Source: an uncultured Armatimonadia bacterium (lineage in GTDB: Bacteria > Armatimonadota > Zipacnadia > CAVVLO01). Taken from it: a stretch of 64,000 nucleotides of DNA. Shown here piece by piece: positions 40,101 to 50,379 of this stretch. Below the pieces are notes generated by a model. That model was not told the origin of the DNA. It searched no databases and was given only the letters and a program-made list of their open reading frames with translations. How positions within the stretch are numbered: position 1 is the first letter of the stretch; every line of letters starts with the position of its first letter. Made by a program: the position numbers and the translations under genes. The stretch covers positions 320,001-384,000 of the forward strand of contig CAVVLO010000001.1 in NCBI GenBank assembly GCA_963749155.1, given 5' to 3'.

Positions 40101-40667
40101 ATTGACGTGCTCGGAAGTTGGGACCTGACCTTCTCCGAGGGCTGGGGCGCGCCTGCGCGCGCGACTTTCCCGACGCTGACAAGCTGGAGCGACTCGCCTG
40201 ATGAGGGCATCAAGTATTTCTCCGGCACCGCAACCTATCATAAGACCCTCCGCCTGCCGCGTGGCCTGTTCGGAGCTGACCGAAGGATCTGCCTCGACCT
40301 CGGCCGGGTCGCCTCGATGGCGCGCGTTAAGCTCAACGGGCAGGACCTTGGCCTGCTGTGGAAGGCGCCCTTCCGCCTCGACATAACCAAGGTGGCCAAG
40401 CCAGGCGACAATCAACTGGAGATTGAAGTTACCAACCTCTGGCCCAACCGGATGATCGGCGATGAGTTCTTGCCCGAGGACAGCGATCGCTGGTCCAATG
40501 GCACACTCAAGGCCTGGCCCGACTGGCTCGAAGAGGGCAAGCCCAGCCCCACCGGCCGCTTCACCTTCACCTCGTGGCGGCTTTGGCACGAGGGAGATGA
40601 ACTGCAGCCCTCCGGCCTGCTTGGCCCTGTCACTGTGACTTCGACGCAGTTGATCTCGCTTGATTAG
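37191..40667 (+). CDS. Secreted GH106 alpha-L-rhamnosidase-like protein (frameshifts near 37740 and 38030)
   Basis: F..PP..SRPWVYWFWLNGNITREGIT.DLEAM, GWNGSGGPWI, HIDSWENG.QNWT, PMGEFW, VGAEAFT, GINRFVFH, IKYFSGTATY, EVTNLWPNRMIGD, SGLLGPV. Confidence 0.92.
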
Positions 40668-40678
40668 GAGAAGCTCAG

Positions 40679-41926
40679 ATGACCTGCTCGCAGGCTGATC
40701 GCGATATCGTCCGGCGTCTGGCGGAGGAATATGCCGCTCTCGCAGCGCTGCCTATCCAGCGCGAACGCGCCGCCGAGTGGACGCGTCTGAATGACCTCGT
40801 CCCAGGCCGGCCGCTGCTCTGGATCAACGAGTTGCCCTGGCAGGAACTCAACTTCAACAACGAGCTGACCCTCCTCTGCCAGGACGCTTTCTGCCAGGGC
40901 GTGGAGTGGGAGCTGCGCTCTACTCTCTATCAGTGGCGCCATCTCCCAGGCGATATGGTGATCGAGCCAGTCCTCTACAGCAACCTGGTGATCCACGACA
41001 CGGGCTTCGGCATCCAGCAGGAGGGGGAGATAATCATCCAGGAGGGCGGGGCCCTCGCCTCGCAAGAGTTCGACCCTCAGATCACCTGCGAGGCCGATAT
41101 CGAGAAGATCAAGACGCCCGTCGTCACGCACGATATTGAAGCAAGCGAGGCCAATTTTCAGCGGTTGGTGGCGCTCGTGGGCGACCTCGTCCCCGTCCGC
41201 AAGCGCGGCATCGCGACCGCGTGGTTCGCGCCCTGGGATGAGCTTATCCGCTGGTGGGGTGTCCAGCCGGCCCTGATGGATATGGTCGAGCGACCCGAAC
41301 TCGTCCATCTGGGGATGGACCGCCTGGTAAACGCCTATCTCGCGCGCCTCGACCAGTGGGTGGAACAGAACCTCCTCTCCCTGCCCGAGGGCAATTATCG
41401 CGTCGGTTCGGGCGGTTATGCCTACACCAGCGACCTGCCGGCGGCGGATTTCGACCCCGAGCGCGTCCGGCCCCTCGACCAGTGGGGTCATGCGACGCCG
41501 CAGATCTTCTCGACTGTCTCGCCGGCGATGCACGAAGAGTTCGCTCTCCAGTACGAGCGCCGCTGGCTCGAGCGGTTCGGCCTGACCTATTATGGCTGCT
41601 GCGAGCCGCTGGACGTGAAGCTTGGCATCCTCGCCTCGGTGCCCAACCTGCGGAAGGTCTCGATGAGCCCGTGGGCCAGCCTCGCCTCGGCCGTCGAGCA
41701 GGCGGGCGGGAAGTATGTCTTCTCCCACAAGCCCAACCCGGCCGTGCTGGCGGAGGATCGCTTCAGGCCCGAAGTCGCGCGGCAGTTCCTCTCCGAGGCC
41801 CTGGAGCAGTGCCGCGGCTGCCCGGTGGAGGTCATCCTGAAAGACGTCAGCACCGTCCGCGGCGACCCTCAGCGCCTCTGGGCCTGGGCCGAGCTGGCCA
41901 GAGAAGTGTGCGAGGAGTTTGGCTAG
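40679..41926 (+). CDS. Uroporphyrinogen decarboxylase / MtaA-like TIM-barrel family protein
   Basis: VSPAMHEEF, YYGCCEPLD, NLRKVSMSPWA, SHKPNPA, EVILKD; GGAG RBS. Confidence 0.7.
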   Translation: MTCSQADRDIVRRLAEEYAALAALPIQRERAAEWTRLNDLVPGRPLLWINELPWQELNFNNELTLLCQDAFCQGVEWELRSTLYQWRHLPGDMVIEPVLYSNLVIHDTGFGIQQEGEIIIQEGGALASQEFDPQITCEADIEKIKTPVVTHDIEASEANFQRLVALVGDLVPVRKRGIATAWFAPWDELIRWWGVQPALMDMVERPELVHLGMDRLVNAYLARLDQWVEQNLLSLPEGNYRVGSGGYAYTSDLPAADFDPERVRPLDQWGHATPQIFSTVSPAMHEEFALQYERRWLERFGLTYYGCCEPLDVKLGILASVPNLRKVSMSPWASLASAVEQAGGKYVFSHKPNPAVLAEDRFRPEVARQFLSEALEQCRGCPVEVILKDVSTVRGDPQRLWAWAELAREVCEEFG

Positions 41927-42064
41927 GGCGGGGCTTGCCAAGGCTCAGTTTCGCATGCAGAAAACTTCATATGGATTTAATATCGTGGTGGGGGGTAAAG
42001 GGTATTAAAGGTGTATAATAGTATCAGAAGCGCCCATTTTACTCACCAGCTAGAGGTGGAGAAG

Positions 42065-43181
42065 ATGAAGTTCGCTACAATTCCCTTGCTGTGTGCACTT
42101 GTTTTCGCCCTTTGCCTACCTTCCTTCGCTCTGACCGAACAACAGGCCATCCAGGCAGTTCGCGATTTTGAGAAGAACCAGAGCCTGAAGGTGACAGGCG
42201 GCTCTTCTGGAGCGATGCGGCCTCATTCCCAGCTGGGCCTCGGTACTTCGACTCACTCAGTATACGCAGTCAAGGCTGACGTCTGCATTAACGGATGTAC
42301 AGAGGCCTACATGATAGCCGAATATCGCGTCGGTTCAGGTCCAGTCTGTCGCCTACACAATGGAAGGCGCCGGGCATCCTGTAACCGAAGTCCACAGGCC
42401 GAGGTCATTGCTGACAGTTATGCCACTGCACATACGCCAGGCTTTAGCCAGGAGCCAGTGGACAGCACTCGACGGCGAGTGCTGAGGGGACCACAGAGTA
42501 CCTTACTATCGGGCCCTTGCCAACGGTGCGAAGCCGACCTTGATGGTTGTACGGTGGATGTACCTGTGCACAGGTGTGTGACTGCATACACCAGACCACG
42601 AGGGCGTACGTCGCGCAGAGCGGTGACAGCCACGCTAGTCATCTCGAGCAGACGCGGCTGCTCGCTGTCGTTGATGAGTTCCTATCTCTGACGGCAGACG
42701 CCGGACGAGTAGTGTACTGGTCGCGACTGCAGACTCACTCCGTGTACTACCAGTTCCATTTCGGGAGCCAAGACTGAACAGGAGATTGATGCAGGCTTAC
42801 CTGTCAGTCTGTCGCCGTAGATGCAAACAGTGGCGATCGTTGTGTATGTGACTGGCTAGCGTGGTACCTCATCTCCGGAACCCCAACATGCCGCCGACGG
42901 GAGAAAGGGTCAGGAGATTGGAACCATACCACCGCTCCGCATGAGCTACACTGAGTACCATACAAAGCGGTGGACTGAAGGCCCTGGCCAGGCGCTTGAC
43001 CTATACGTGGCTTCGCCGTCAGACGTGTTCTGGATGATCACGGGTGACATGCAGCCAGGTCGAGGCCGCCGTGTTCTTCCTCGCGTGCTTCGGACTACTT
43101 GGGCTGGGGCTGTACCGGCTCAACAAGTGGCTGGTCCACAGTCGTCGGGCACCAGCACCTCAAACAACAGTTAACGAGTGA
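42065..43181 (+). pseudogene. Heavily disrupted secreted PepSY/YcdB-like gene followed by a fragment encoding a TM helix
   Basis: GAGGTGG RBS and clean signal peptide MKFATIPLLCALVFALCLPSFA-LTEQQAIQAVRDF; later fragments in shifting frames (AEVIADSYATAHTPGF, VAVDANSG); final fragment AAVFFLACFGLLGLGLYRLNKW. Confidence 0.5.
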
Positions 43182-43200
43182 GTGGTCACTTAATCATAGA

Positions 43201-43234
43201 AAAGCCCCGGCCGTCCTCGTGAGGTCGGGGCTTT
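43201..43234. terminator. Intrinsic terminator-like hairpin between convergent genes
   Basis: AAAGCCCCGGCC-N10-GGTCGGGGCTTT with A/T flanks. Confidence 0.7.
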
Positions 43235-43255
43235 GCTTTGGCGGCGGAGTTTGCT

Positions 43256-45536
43256 CTACTCCTCCCCCTTCGCCCCGAGCACCTGCACCTCGACGAGTTC
43301 GAGCGTGCCGGCCCAGGGTTCCTCCAGGTGCTGGCTGGCGCCGAGTTCCACCCGCAGATAGCGGCCTGGGCGGCTTCCCCCCGCCACTTTGTAGCGCCAG
43401 AAGTCGGCTGAGTAGGGCGCGCCCTCCTTCGGCACGTGGTTGGTCTGCAGCCACGGGCCCGCCTCGCCTCCGCCCTCGTGCACGGTCAGGAAAGTCAGCG
43501 GAGACCATTCTTGCCCCGCCTCACTCGTCGAGAAGCTGAGCACGCTCGGGATGAACCAGTATGTGCCGCCGATATCGCGAAACTGCAGTTGCACCTCGCT
43601 GATGGGCAGGCTCTTGCCCAGGTCAATCACCACCCACGAGGCGCTCTCGGAGTCGCGATCGTTCACCCAGAAGTTCTCCCCGTCGTCCTGAGCCAGCCAC
43701 CCATCGGTCAGCTTGCCCTCGATGCCCTGATAACCGCGCGCCGTGCTCGAAGCCGTCACGGGCCGGCCGTAGGCGAGGTTGTCTTCTCCCACCGGCTGCG
43801 GGAAGGCCGGCGGCCTGAGGTGCGTCGCCTGCAGGCTGCAGATACGCACGAGCTCATCGCATACCGGCTGAAGTTGCTGCTGGGTGGCTTCCTCTCGCAC
43901 CGACCCCTCGGAGAGGATCGCGTCCATCCGCGCCCTCAGCCAGAAGAGCCGCCAGCGCCAACTGACCTGGCTCCACTCGGGCAGTCGCGCGTCGATGGCC
44001 TCGGCCAGCTCGAAGGCCTCCGGCGCCTGCTCCAGCGACTGCGCGACCCAGTTGTAGCGCGGATGCGTGGCCTCCAGCAGATGGGAGAGCTTCACGAAAT
44101 CGCCCGTCACGTCGGGAGAGAGATAATAACTCGCCCATTCGGCCAGCGCCTCCTCCTGAGAGCGCTCTGGAGCCCAGTAGAAAGCCAGCCACTGCCACTT
44201 GGAGAGGTCCTCATAGCACCCTTCAGAGTATGGCCAGCCTCCGGAGATATAGGGTTTCATCAAGGCCTCGACGCGTTCGTTGAACTCCGGCAGCGCCGTT
44301 GCGCCGAAGCCGCCCCAGGGGTAGCTCTGGTACATCGAGATCTCGGGGAAGGCCACCAGCGGCCAACGCTCGGGGTCCTTGCGGTCGAGCAGCGGCTGCT
44401 GCAGCACATATTCGTCCTGCCCGGTGATGATTCCGGACAGCCAATCGGGGTGCTTCTCGTCCAGCCACTTCAACACGCCGGCGATCTCGCCCTGCGTCTT
44501 GGGGAAGTAGTCCATCTTCCAGGTCGAGAGCCATATCTCGGCCTCCGGGAAATGCCGGTGATACATCTCTCCGAGCGCATCACAGCACCGCAGGAAGCCG
44601 TTGCCTCCCCAGGGTTGGCACTCATCGCACCAGCAACCGCCCTGATCATAGGGCCAAAGCCAGAAGCCATCCACCTCGCCGAAGGCCAGGGCTATCTCTT
44701 CGAGGTTCTTCACAATCAATTCCAGTCCGCCGGGCTTGCTTGGGCATATCTCAACGCCGTAAGCGCCGAAGGTCCCAGGTGCGACGCGCAGCTCTGGAGG
44801 GCTTGCTCCGTAGCCCTCATTGGCCAGGCAGGTCAGGCCGAACTTCATCCCGAAACGATGCGCTGTCTGGCCAAAATGCTTCAGCCGCTGGAAGTGCTTC
44901 ACAGCCGCTGGGTCGTGGAAATCGGTGTACTGGTGCTGGTCGAACCAGACGAACAGGTTGTTGCAGCCCCAGAGAGCAAGGTCTTCGATCAGCCTGTCTA
45001 CGTCCTCGTAGGGCGCGACCTCGTAGAAGTTGCCGAAGTGCGAGGCGAAATACATCCCCCGCACAGGCATCGCCGGACTGGACGCAAGGCGCAGTTTCGG
45101 CAGCTCCAGCTTGCCCGGGGAGTAGCGCCCAAGCCGCAGCAGCTTGCCGACGCCCGCCACAAGCCCGGACTCGGACTGGCCGATGACGAACAGCCGCCCG
45201 GCCTCATCCGGCTCGGTCAGCAGGAGGAAACCATCCGGCCCGAGGGCCTCTCTGCTCGGCTAGCGCGGCCAAATCCGGGTCGGCAAGCGTGCCGAGGACG
45301 AGCTGGAAGGGCTGTTTGCCCTCACTCCCAATCGCAGGCGTGACCCCGGTGCGCTGCTCAATCTGGCGCGCGGCGAGTTCAGCGATGTTGAAGGCCACGG
45401 AACCTGCCTCGCCCCTCGGCGCAAGCTGCAAATCACCAATCGTAAAACTCTGATAGTCAGCCGCCATAAGCGCGCTCCCTCCTGATACTAAAAACAAGCA
45501 GAGTAGCAAGACCAGTAGCTGCCTGAAAATCTTCAT
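43256..45536 (-). CDS. Secreted GH20/GH67-like TIM-barrel protein with C-terminal F5/8 type C (CBM32-like) domain (frameshift near 45230-45260)
   Basis: Signal peptide in ORF 45204..45536; RGMYFASHFGNFY, DLALWGCN, WPYDQGGCWC; C-terminal NLAYGRPVTASS...LTDG...WVVIDLG...RYLRV. Confidence 0.7.
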
Positions 45537-45582
45537 CCGAATCGCCCTTCTGCCCAGGCCAGCCAGAGCGCCTCCGCCTGTT

Positions 45583-46959
45583 TCATCTGCCCGCCTTCTT
45601 GATAATCGCGACCAGCTCGCGTTCTTCTGCTTCGGAAATCAACGGCTCGGGCTCGAAGGCGCGTTCGAAGGCCAGCGCTTTGTCGCGAGCCTGCTCTGCA
45701 TCCGTACGTCGTCCAGTAGAAAGCCAGGCGCTGGTGAGCTGGCGCGACCACAGATGAGGTTCCCACAGCGCCTCGCGGAAGTTCATCACCGTGTATTCGG
45801 TCATCAGATGGCCCCCACCAGGCCCTGCCTCGGCGATCTCGGCGACCACTTCGTCCAGGTCGTCCAGCCCCAGTTCCGCAAATTGAGCCTCCAGTGCCCG
45901 CGCGAGTTCGTCATCCAGCAGCAACTGGACAGGGGAGCAGATCTCATCCAGTCCCAGCAATCCCGCCTGGATGGTGCCCAGCCCGCAGGTCAGGGCCGCC
46001 GTGACGGCGCTGGTGGCTTTCTGCGCGCCCGCCTCGAAGCCCGGCGCCTTGGCGTCGGTGAGGCCCGAGCCACAATTGACCGCGCACCCGTAGAAGCGTC
46101 CAAGCTCCGCAAAAACGAAAGAGAGCCGCTGCTGCTCGGGCCGCCCATAACACGGCGCGCCCTGCCGCATATCCACCGTCACGATGGAACTGGACAGGTG
46201 CCAGACGGTTTCAGGTCGGAAAGCCTTGTGAAGCAAAAAGAGGAAGAGCTGCTCCGCCAGTGTCAGCACCGCGATACCGCCGAGGGTCACCGGCGCCGTC
46301 CCGCCCTGGGAGGGGAGATGGCCGATGTACATTGGCAGACCGCGTTCAGCAAACCACAGCATCTGCTCGCACTCGGGCCGGGCCAGTTTGAGGGGCGAAA
46401 CCAGATAACCGACTGCGCTGAAAAGGTCTTCGAGCTGTCTTCCTGTCTGCGCCCCGCGCGCCTCGCATAACTCGACCAGCGGTTCGCAAAGGCCAGTGAG
46501 TTGCACGCTGCCGGAGTTCACTGCGCCATATTTCCAGCAGTAGAGCCGCTCCAGCAAAGGGATATGCCGGGGACTGAAGCCTGGCGGGACGAAGGGCAGT
46601 CCCAGCAGCCAGAGCCTGTCCTCGACGGCGAGCGATGCCGCCAGTGCGATGTAACAGGCCAGCTTGCGCTCATCGAAGCCGACCAACTCGCCTGTCTCAG
46701 GCTCCGCGTAATAGGACTGATAGATGCCCGTGGAAGCCGAGATGCGCGGCCTGCCTTCGTGGGGCGGCGCCTTGGGCGCCTCCGCCAGCGCCGCCTCGAC
46801 GGCCTGCGCGGGAAAGCGCACTCTTCCGCTGGCCTCATCCGTCACCCCTCCGACCGAGGTCAGCCGGTGGCGCAGTGCCTCGTGTTCGACCTCGACCCCC
46901 GTCTCAGCCAGCACGCGCAGCGCGGCAGCGTGCAGCTCCTTGGCTTTGCCTTCTGTCAA
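45583..46959 (-). CDS. MttB superfamily methyltransferase, non-pyrrolysine, second copy
   Basis: LHAAALRVLAETGV, VSPLKL, GGTAPVTLGG, GLTDAK.PG.EAG.QK, GPGGGHL.TE.T...FR. Confidence 0.88.
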   Translation of the reverse strand: MTEGKAKELHAAALRVLAETGVEVEHEALRHRLTSVGGVTDEASGRVRFPAQAVEAALAEAPKAPPHEGRPRISASTGIYQSYYAEPETGELVGFDERKLACYIALAASLAVEDRLWLLGLPFVPPGFSPRHIPLLERLYCWKYGAVNSGSVQLTGLCEPLVELCEARGAQTGRQLEDLFSAVGYLVSPLKLARPECEQMLWFAERGLPMYIGHLPSQGGTAPVTLGGIAVLTLAEQLFLFLLHKAFRPETVWHLSSSIVTVDMRQGAPCYGRPEQQRLSFVFAELGRFYGCAVNCGSGLTDAKAPGFEAGAQKATSAVTAALTCGLGTIQAGLLGLDEICSPVQLLLDDELARALEAQFAELGLDDLDEVVAEIAEAGPGGGHLMTEYTVMNFREALWEPHLWSRQLTSAWLSTGRRTDAEQARDKALAFERAFEPEPLISEAEERELVAIIKKAGR

Positions 46960-46998
46960 GCCAGCGGTCAGTGTTCAATTCTGCCGTCTCCCGAGAAA

Positions 46999-48138
46999 TC
47001 AGTACCTGCCATAATTTCTCGCCGTTTCTATCATCGCATACAGATTTTCATCGGGCGTATCTCGCCCGCACTGGTCACCGGTCGACAGGATGAACCCGCC
47101 CCCCGCGCCGGCGTCGTCAATGGCCCGCTTACTCTCCTCGATTACTTTCTCCACGGACCCCAGCAGCATCACTTCGGTGGTGTGGAGATTACCCATCAGG
47201 CTGATCCGGTCGCCCCAACGCCGCTTGAGGTCCGCCAGGTCACAGTCACCCATAGGAGGCGGCTCCAGCGGGTTGATGTTGTCGAGATCGGATTCCTCGG
47301 CAGCCAGTTTTACCAGTTGGCGTTCAGGCCCGCAGCAGTGGATCTGACTGATAACGCCTGCTTCCTTGCACAGCTTCGTCACCGCCTGCAGGGTTGGCAG
47401 GGCAAGCTGGCGGAAGATAGGCTCCGGGTTCGTAATCATGAAACCCGAGATGCCAATAAGGATGAGATCAGGTTGCGGGTCCAGCGCGAGGAAGGCCTCG
47501 GTCCGCTTGACCGTCGCCTCGTGGTATTGCTCGCAGCGCGCAATGACGACCGAGGGATTGTCGTACCACTCATAGCTGCTTTCAGGATTGAGCCCCAGGC
47601 CAGGCAAGCCGACACAAACTCCCACAACGCCTGCCTCACCAAGCTGCTGCCTGGCGGCGCGATAGGCCTCGAGCCCAGGATAACTGGTGCGCGCCTCGAC
47701 TTCTTCCCACTCGGTCGGCGCGCTGGTCGGCAGCCCGACCTTCGAGAGAGGCAAACGGACGGTTGGGGGATCGGCGATGTAATAGACATTGCACCAGTCC
47801 GTCCACTGTTCGACCCCCTCGACCAGGCGATGCAGCCTCGTGTAGATACGCTCTGGCGTCCGCGCGACGATGGCTTCGCGCCACTGAGGCTGGCTCTCGC
47901 GCCAGGCGATGTCAGCCTCCAGCTCCAGCGGTACGCCAGGCAACCACCCATCGAACTCGTAATGCTTGACTGTGTCGATGTAGGCCTGCCACAGGGGCGG
48001 ATCCTGATAGAGGTAGATATCCCAAAAGGGCTTCCCCGTGAGCTTGCAAGGGATCATATTGCTGGTATCCGGCGAGACCGGCACACTGTCCGGCTGGCCA
48101 TTGCGCATCGCGATGAGCATCCGCTCTCGACTGGTCAA
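46999..48138 (-). CDS. URO-D / MtaA-CmuA family protein
   Basis: MTSRERML.A....PD.VPV.P, QIHCCG, INPLE, LMGNL, GFILSTGDQC. Confidence 0.85.
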   Translation of the reverse strand: MTSRERMLIAMRNGQPDSVPVSPDTSNMIPCKLTGKPFWDIYLYQDPPLWQAYIDTVKHYEFDGWLPGVPLELEADIAWRESQPQWREAIVARTPERIYTRLHRLVEGVEQWTDWCNVYYIADPPTVRLPLSKVGLPTSAPTEWEEVEARTSYPGLEAYRAARQQLGEAGVVGVCVGLPGLGLNPESSYEWYDNPSVVIARCEQYHEATVKRTEAFLALDPQPDLILIGISGFMITNPEPIFRQLALPTLQAVTKLCKEAGVISQIHCCGPERQLVKLAAEESDLDNINPLEPPPMGDCDLADLKRRWGDRISLMGNLHTTEVMLLGSVEKVIEESKRAIDDAGAGGGFILSTGDQCGRDTPDENLYAMIETARNYGRY

Positions 48139-48162
48139 AAGGGCTTCCTCCCTAATCCAAAA

Positions 48163-50250
48163 CTATTCTACTTCTACGGTGCTGCCGGCCTCTCCGCCCT
48201 GAGGCAGAGTCACCTCATACGATGCGCCGGCGACTGTTACTGTCAGTTGCTTCAGTTGCTGCGTCGGGTCGCTGGCCCAAAGTTTGCCTTCGGCCAAATC
48301 AAGCGCCACGATGCAAGCCTCGGAGGCTGTCATCCGCTTGCCCGGCGAGTATTCGAGACTGCCAGAGTCCCAGAATATGGCTGCGACCAGTGTCCCACCG
48401 GCAGCGCGCACCGCCTGCAGCTTCGGCCTGTTGGCTAGCAGTGTGAGTCCGAGCTGCGAGGCCCGTTCGGCTGTCTGCTCGCGCGTTACACCGGGCAGCA
48501 CGATATAGGCATAGGCGGCCGCTTGAGGGTCCACGCCGTGGTCGAGGGCCAGGCGGAAGAGTGGCGCTGTGACTTCTTCCTGAGGCATCGTTATCTTGTC
48601 TTCTATCAAAGTCCACTTGCCCCTTGCAGGCTGGTTGAAGACCTCGACGGTCGCCGGACCGGGGAAGACATACCCGAGGCCATCGTGCCACACCCAGCGG
48701 ATTGCCGGGAGGGTATGACTGCCCTGTTCCAGTAGTTGGGCCTGACCTTCACTGCCTGCCCAGACCTCTCCCTGCAGCTCGCGCTGGTCGAGAGTGGTCG
48801 CGATTGGGTCAGTGACGGCCTCGCTGGCGCGGATGCCCGCTCCAAGCGCCACCACGCAGTCGGGCAGAAACACCCAGGCCTTGCGCGCCGAGACGCCATC
48901 TCGCAAGTAATCCAGCGCCGCGACACCGACCTGCCCAGTGCTCACGGCGCCTGCAAAGTCAACTGGCACGCGCGCATTGCCCTGCCAGGGGAACTTTTTC
49001 TGGCTCTGCGCGAGTGTCGTCCCGGGGATGGCCGCCCAATCCATCACAGGGCGGATGGCTTCGTATTCATCGCCGTTGAGGTAGAAGAAAGTCGCCCCGT
49101 CGCTGGTGTAATAGCCGCGGACGTTTTCGCTGTTGAGGGCTTCGGCGCCGATGGTGCGGTTGGAGGAGAGCTTGAGCGAGGCCATCCACTCCGCCTGACG
49201 ATGGATCAGATAATCTGAACGCCAAAAATAACGCGTCCCGACGAGGTCATTGGCCGCTGCTTGCTGGTTGCGAGTGACTACCGCCTGGTAGTCCGCAGCT
49301 TGCTCTGGATCCAGGCGCTGCAGCGCGCCGGCGACGCCGCTGACCGCCCGTCCCTTGCCGAGTTGGGCGTTCGGCCCGAGCTGGCGGCCGCAACTGCTGA
49401 AGTCCATATAGCCGCGCCAGCAGACCCACGCCTCGCCTTCCAGCACATAGTCTCTGATGATGGCGACTTTCTCCGGAGAATAGGCAAATCCAGTGCCCGC
49501 CACCAGGCCAATCCAGCGAGCGGATTCACTGGCGAAGGCAAGTCCATAATTTCCGAACTGCTGCTGCGGACCATGCTGGTGGAAGCTGTAATCGGGCTGG
49601 ATTCCCTCGCTGGTGGTGATAACGACCTCGCCCGAGATAGCAGCGATTGAGTCGCGCACGAGCTGCTCATCGCCAGTCAACGCGCCGCGCACGAAAGTAT
49701 TGGCGGCCAGCCAAATCTTGTTCTGGCCTGTCATCCTGATGCCCGAGCGCATCATTATCACGCCCGTCCCCTGATCGAACTCCTGCTGGGTGAGCGCCGG
49801 ACCGAGGACCACATACAATCTGCCGATTTCGCGGGGCGTCCAGATCTCGTTGTACCACCAGTTGGGACACTTGAAATCGCTCTCCAGCCAATAACCGAGC
49901 GCCTTGTGGATGCCCTCCAGCAGGCCCTCATCGCCTTCCAGTGGGCAGCCGGGCGTCGCCCAGGCCTTGGCCAGTTCGTTGAGCCTCGTCAGATGTAAAG
50001 TGGTGCGCCAACCGCCGCGCTGGGTGCAGTTGTACACGACATCGGGCCAGGCGCCCTCGGAATTCAGTGCCGCAAGAGAATCGCGTATCCGTTGCACGGC
50101 GGCCGCATCATAGACTGGCGCCGCACCGGTAACTGGATCAAGCCCCAGCGCTTCGGCGCGCAGCCGGTCTTTGAGCAGCCCCAGTTCATCCGCCGAAGCC
50201 AGGCTTAGAGCCAGGAACAGCGCCAACAGGCTGATAACTAGCACCTTCAT
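48163..50250 (-). CDS. Secreted PL8 polysaccharide lyase (chondroitin AC/hyaluronate/xanthan lyase family)
   Basis: NWWYNEI, TGQNKIW, EGIQPDYSFHQHG.Q...GNYG, GRQ, DW..IPGTT, ARKAW, LDHG..P..A.YAY. Confidence 0.92.
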   Translation of the reverse strand: MKVLVISLLALFLALSLASADELGLLKDRLRAEALGLDPVTGAAPVYDAAAVQRIRDSLAALNSEGAWPDVVYNCTQRGGWRTTLHLTRLNELAKAWATPGCPLEGDEGLLEGIHKALGYWLESDFKCPNWWYNEIWTPREIGRLYVVLGPALTQQEFDQGTGVIMMRSGIRMTGQNKIWLAANTFVRGALTGDEQLVRDSIAAISGEVVITTSEGIQPDYSFHQHGPQQQFGNYGLAFASESARWIGLVAGTGFAYSPEKVAIIRDYVLEGEAWVCWRGYMDFSSCGRQLGPNAQLGKGRAVSGVAGALQRLDPEQAADYQAVVTRNQQAAANDLVGTRYFWRSDYLIHRQAEWMASLKLSSNRTIGAEALNSENVRGYYTSDGATFFYLNGDEYEAIRPVMDWAAIPGTTLAQSQKKFPWQGNARVPVDFAGAVSTGQVGVAALDYLRDGVSARKAWVFLPDCVVALGAGIRASEAVTDPIATTLDQRELQGEVWAGSEGQAQLLEQGSHTLPAIRWVWHDGLGYVFPGPATVEVFNQPARGKWTLIEDKITMPQEEVTAPLFRLALDHGVDPQAAAYAYIVLPGVTREQTAERASQLGLTLLANRPKLQAVRAAGGTLVAAIFWDSGSLEYSPGKRMTASEACIVALDLAEGKLWASDPTQQLKQLTVTVAGASYEVTLPQGGEAGSTVEVE

Positions 50251-50282
50251 CGTCTCCCTCCACCTATCAGGGTCTCTCCCTA

Positions 50283-50346
50283 TTGGCGATGAGGGCCGGA
50301 GTTCCTTGTCAAGCCAAAGGCAGGAAGCTGCTCTGTCAGAGGCGAA
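50283..50346. promoter_or_regulatory. Back-to-back sigmaH-like promoters: CAAGGA-N15-GCCAA (-, 50283-50308) and GCAGGA-N16-GCGAA (+, 50320-50346)
   Basis: Two motif copies in the divergent gap, each about 33 nt before its ATG. Confidence 0.6.
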
Positions 50347-50379
50347 TCTCCTCCCACATCGCCTTGAGGAGGCTTCTCA

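Noticed and set aside
41395..42336. 14-bp match TATCGCGTCGGTTC near 41396 and 42323
   Set aside because: It is too short, does not extend, and does not bound any recognisable element.
40664..48438. Long alternative ORFs such as 40664..41941(-), 43436..45343(+), 46501..48438(+), and similar ones elsewhere (36..857, 13274..14593, 15875..17260, 17573..19018, 38799..40589)
   Set aside because: They are antisense shadows of well-supported genes in high-GC DNA, with no motifs or RBS.
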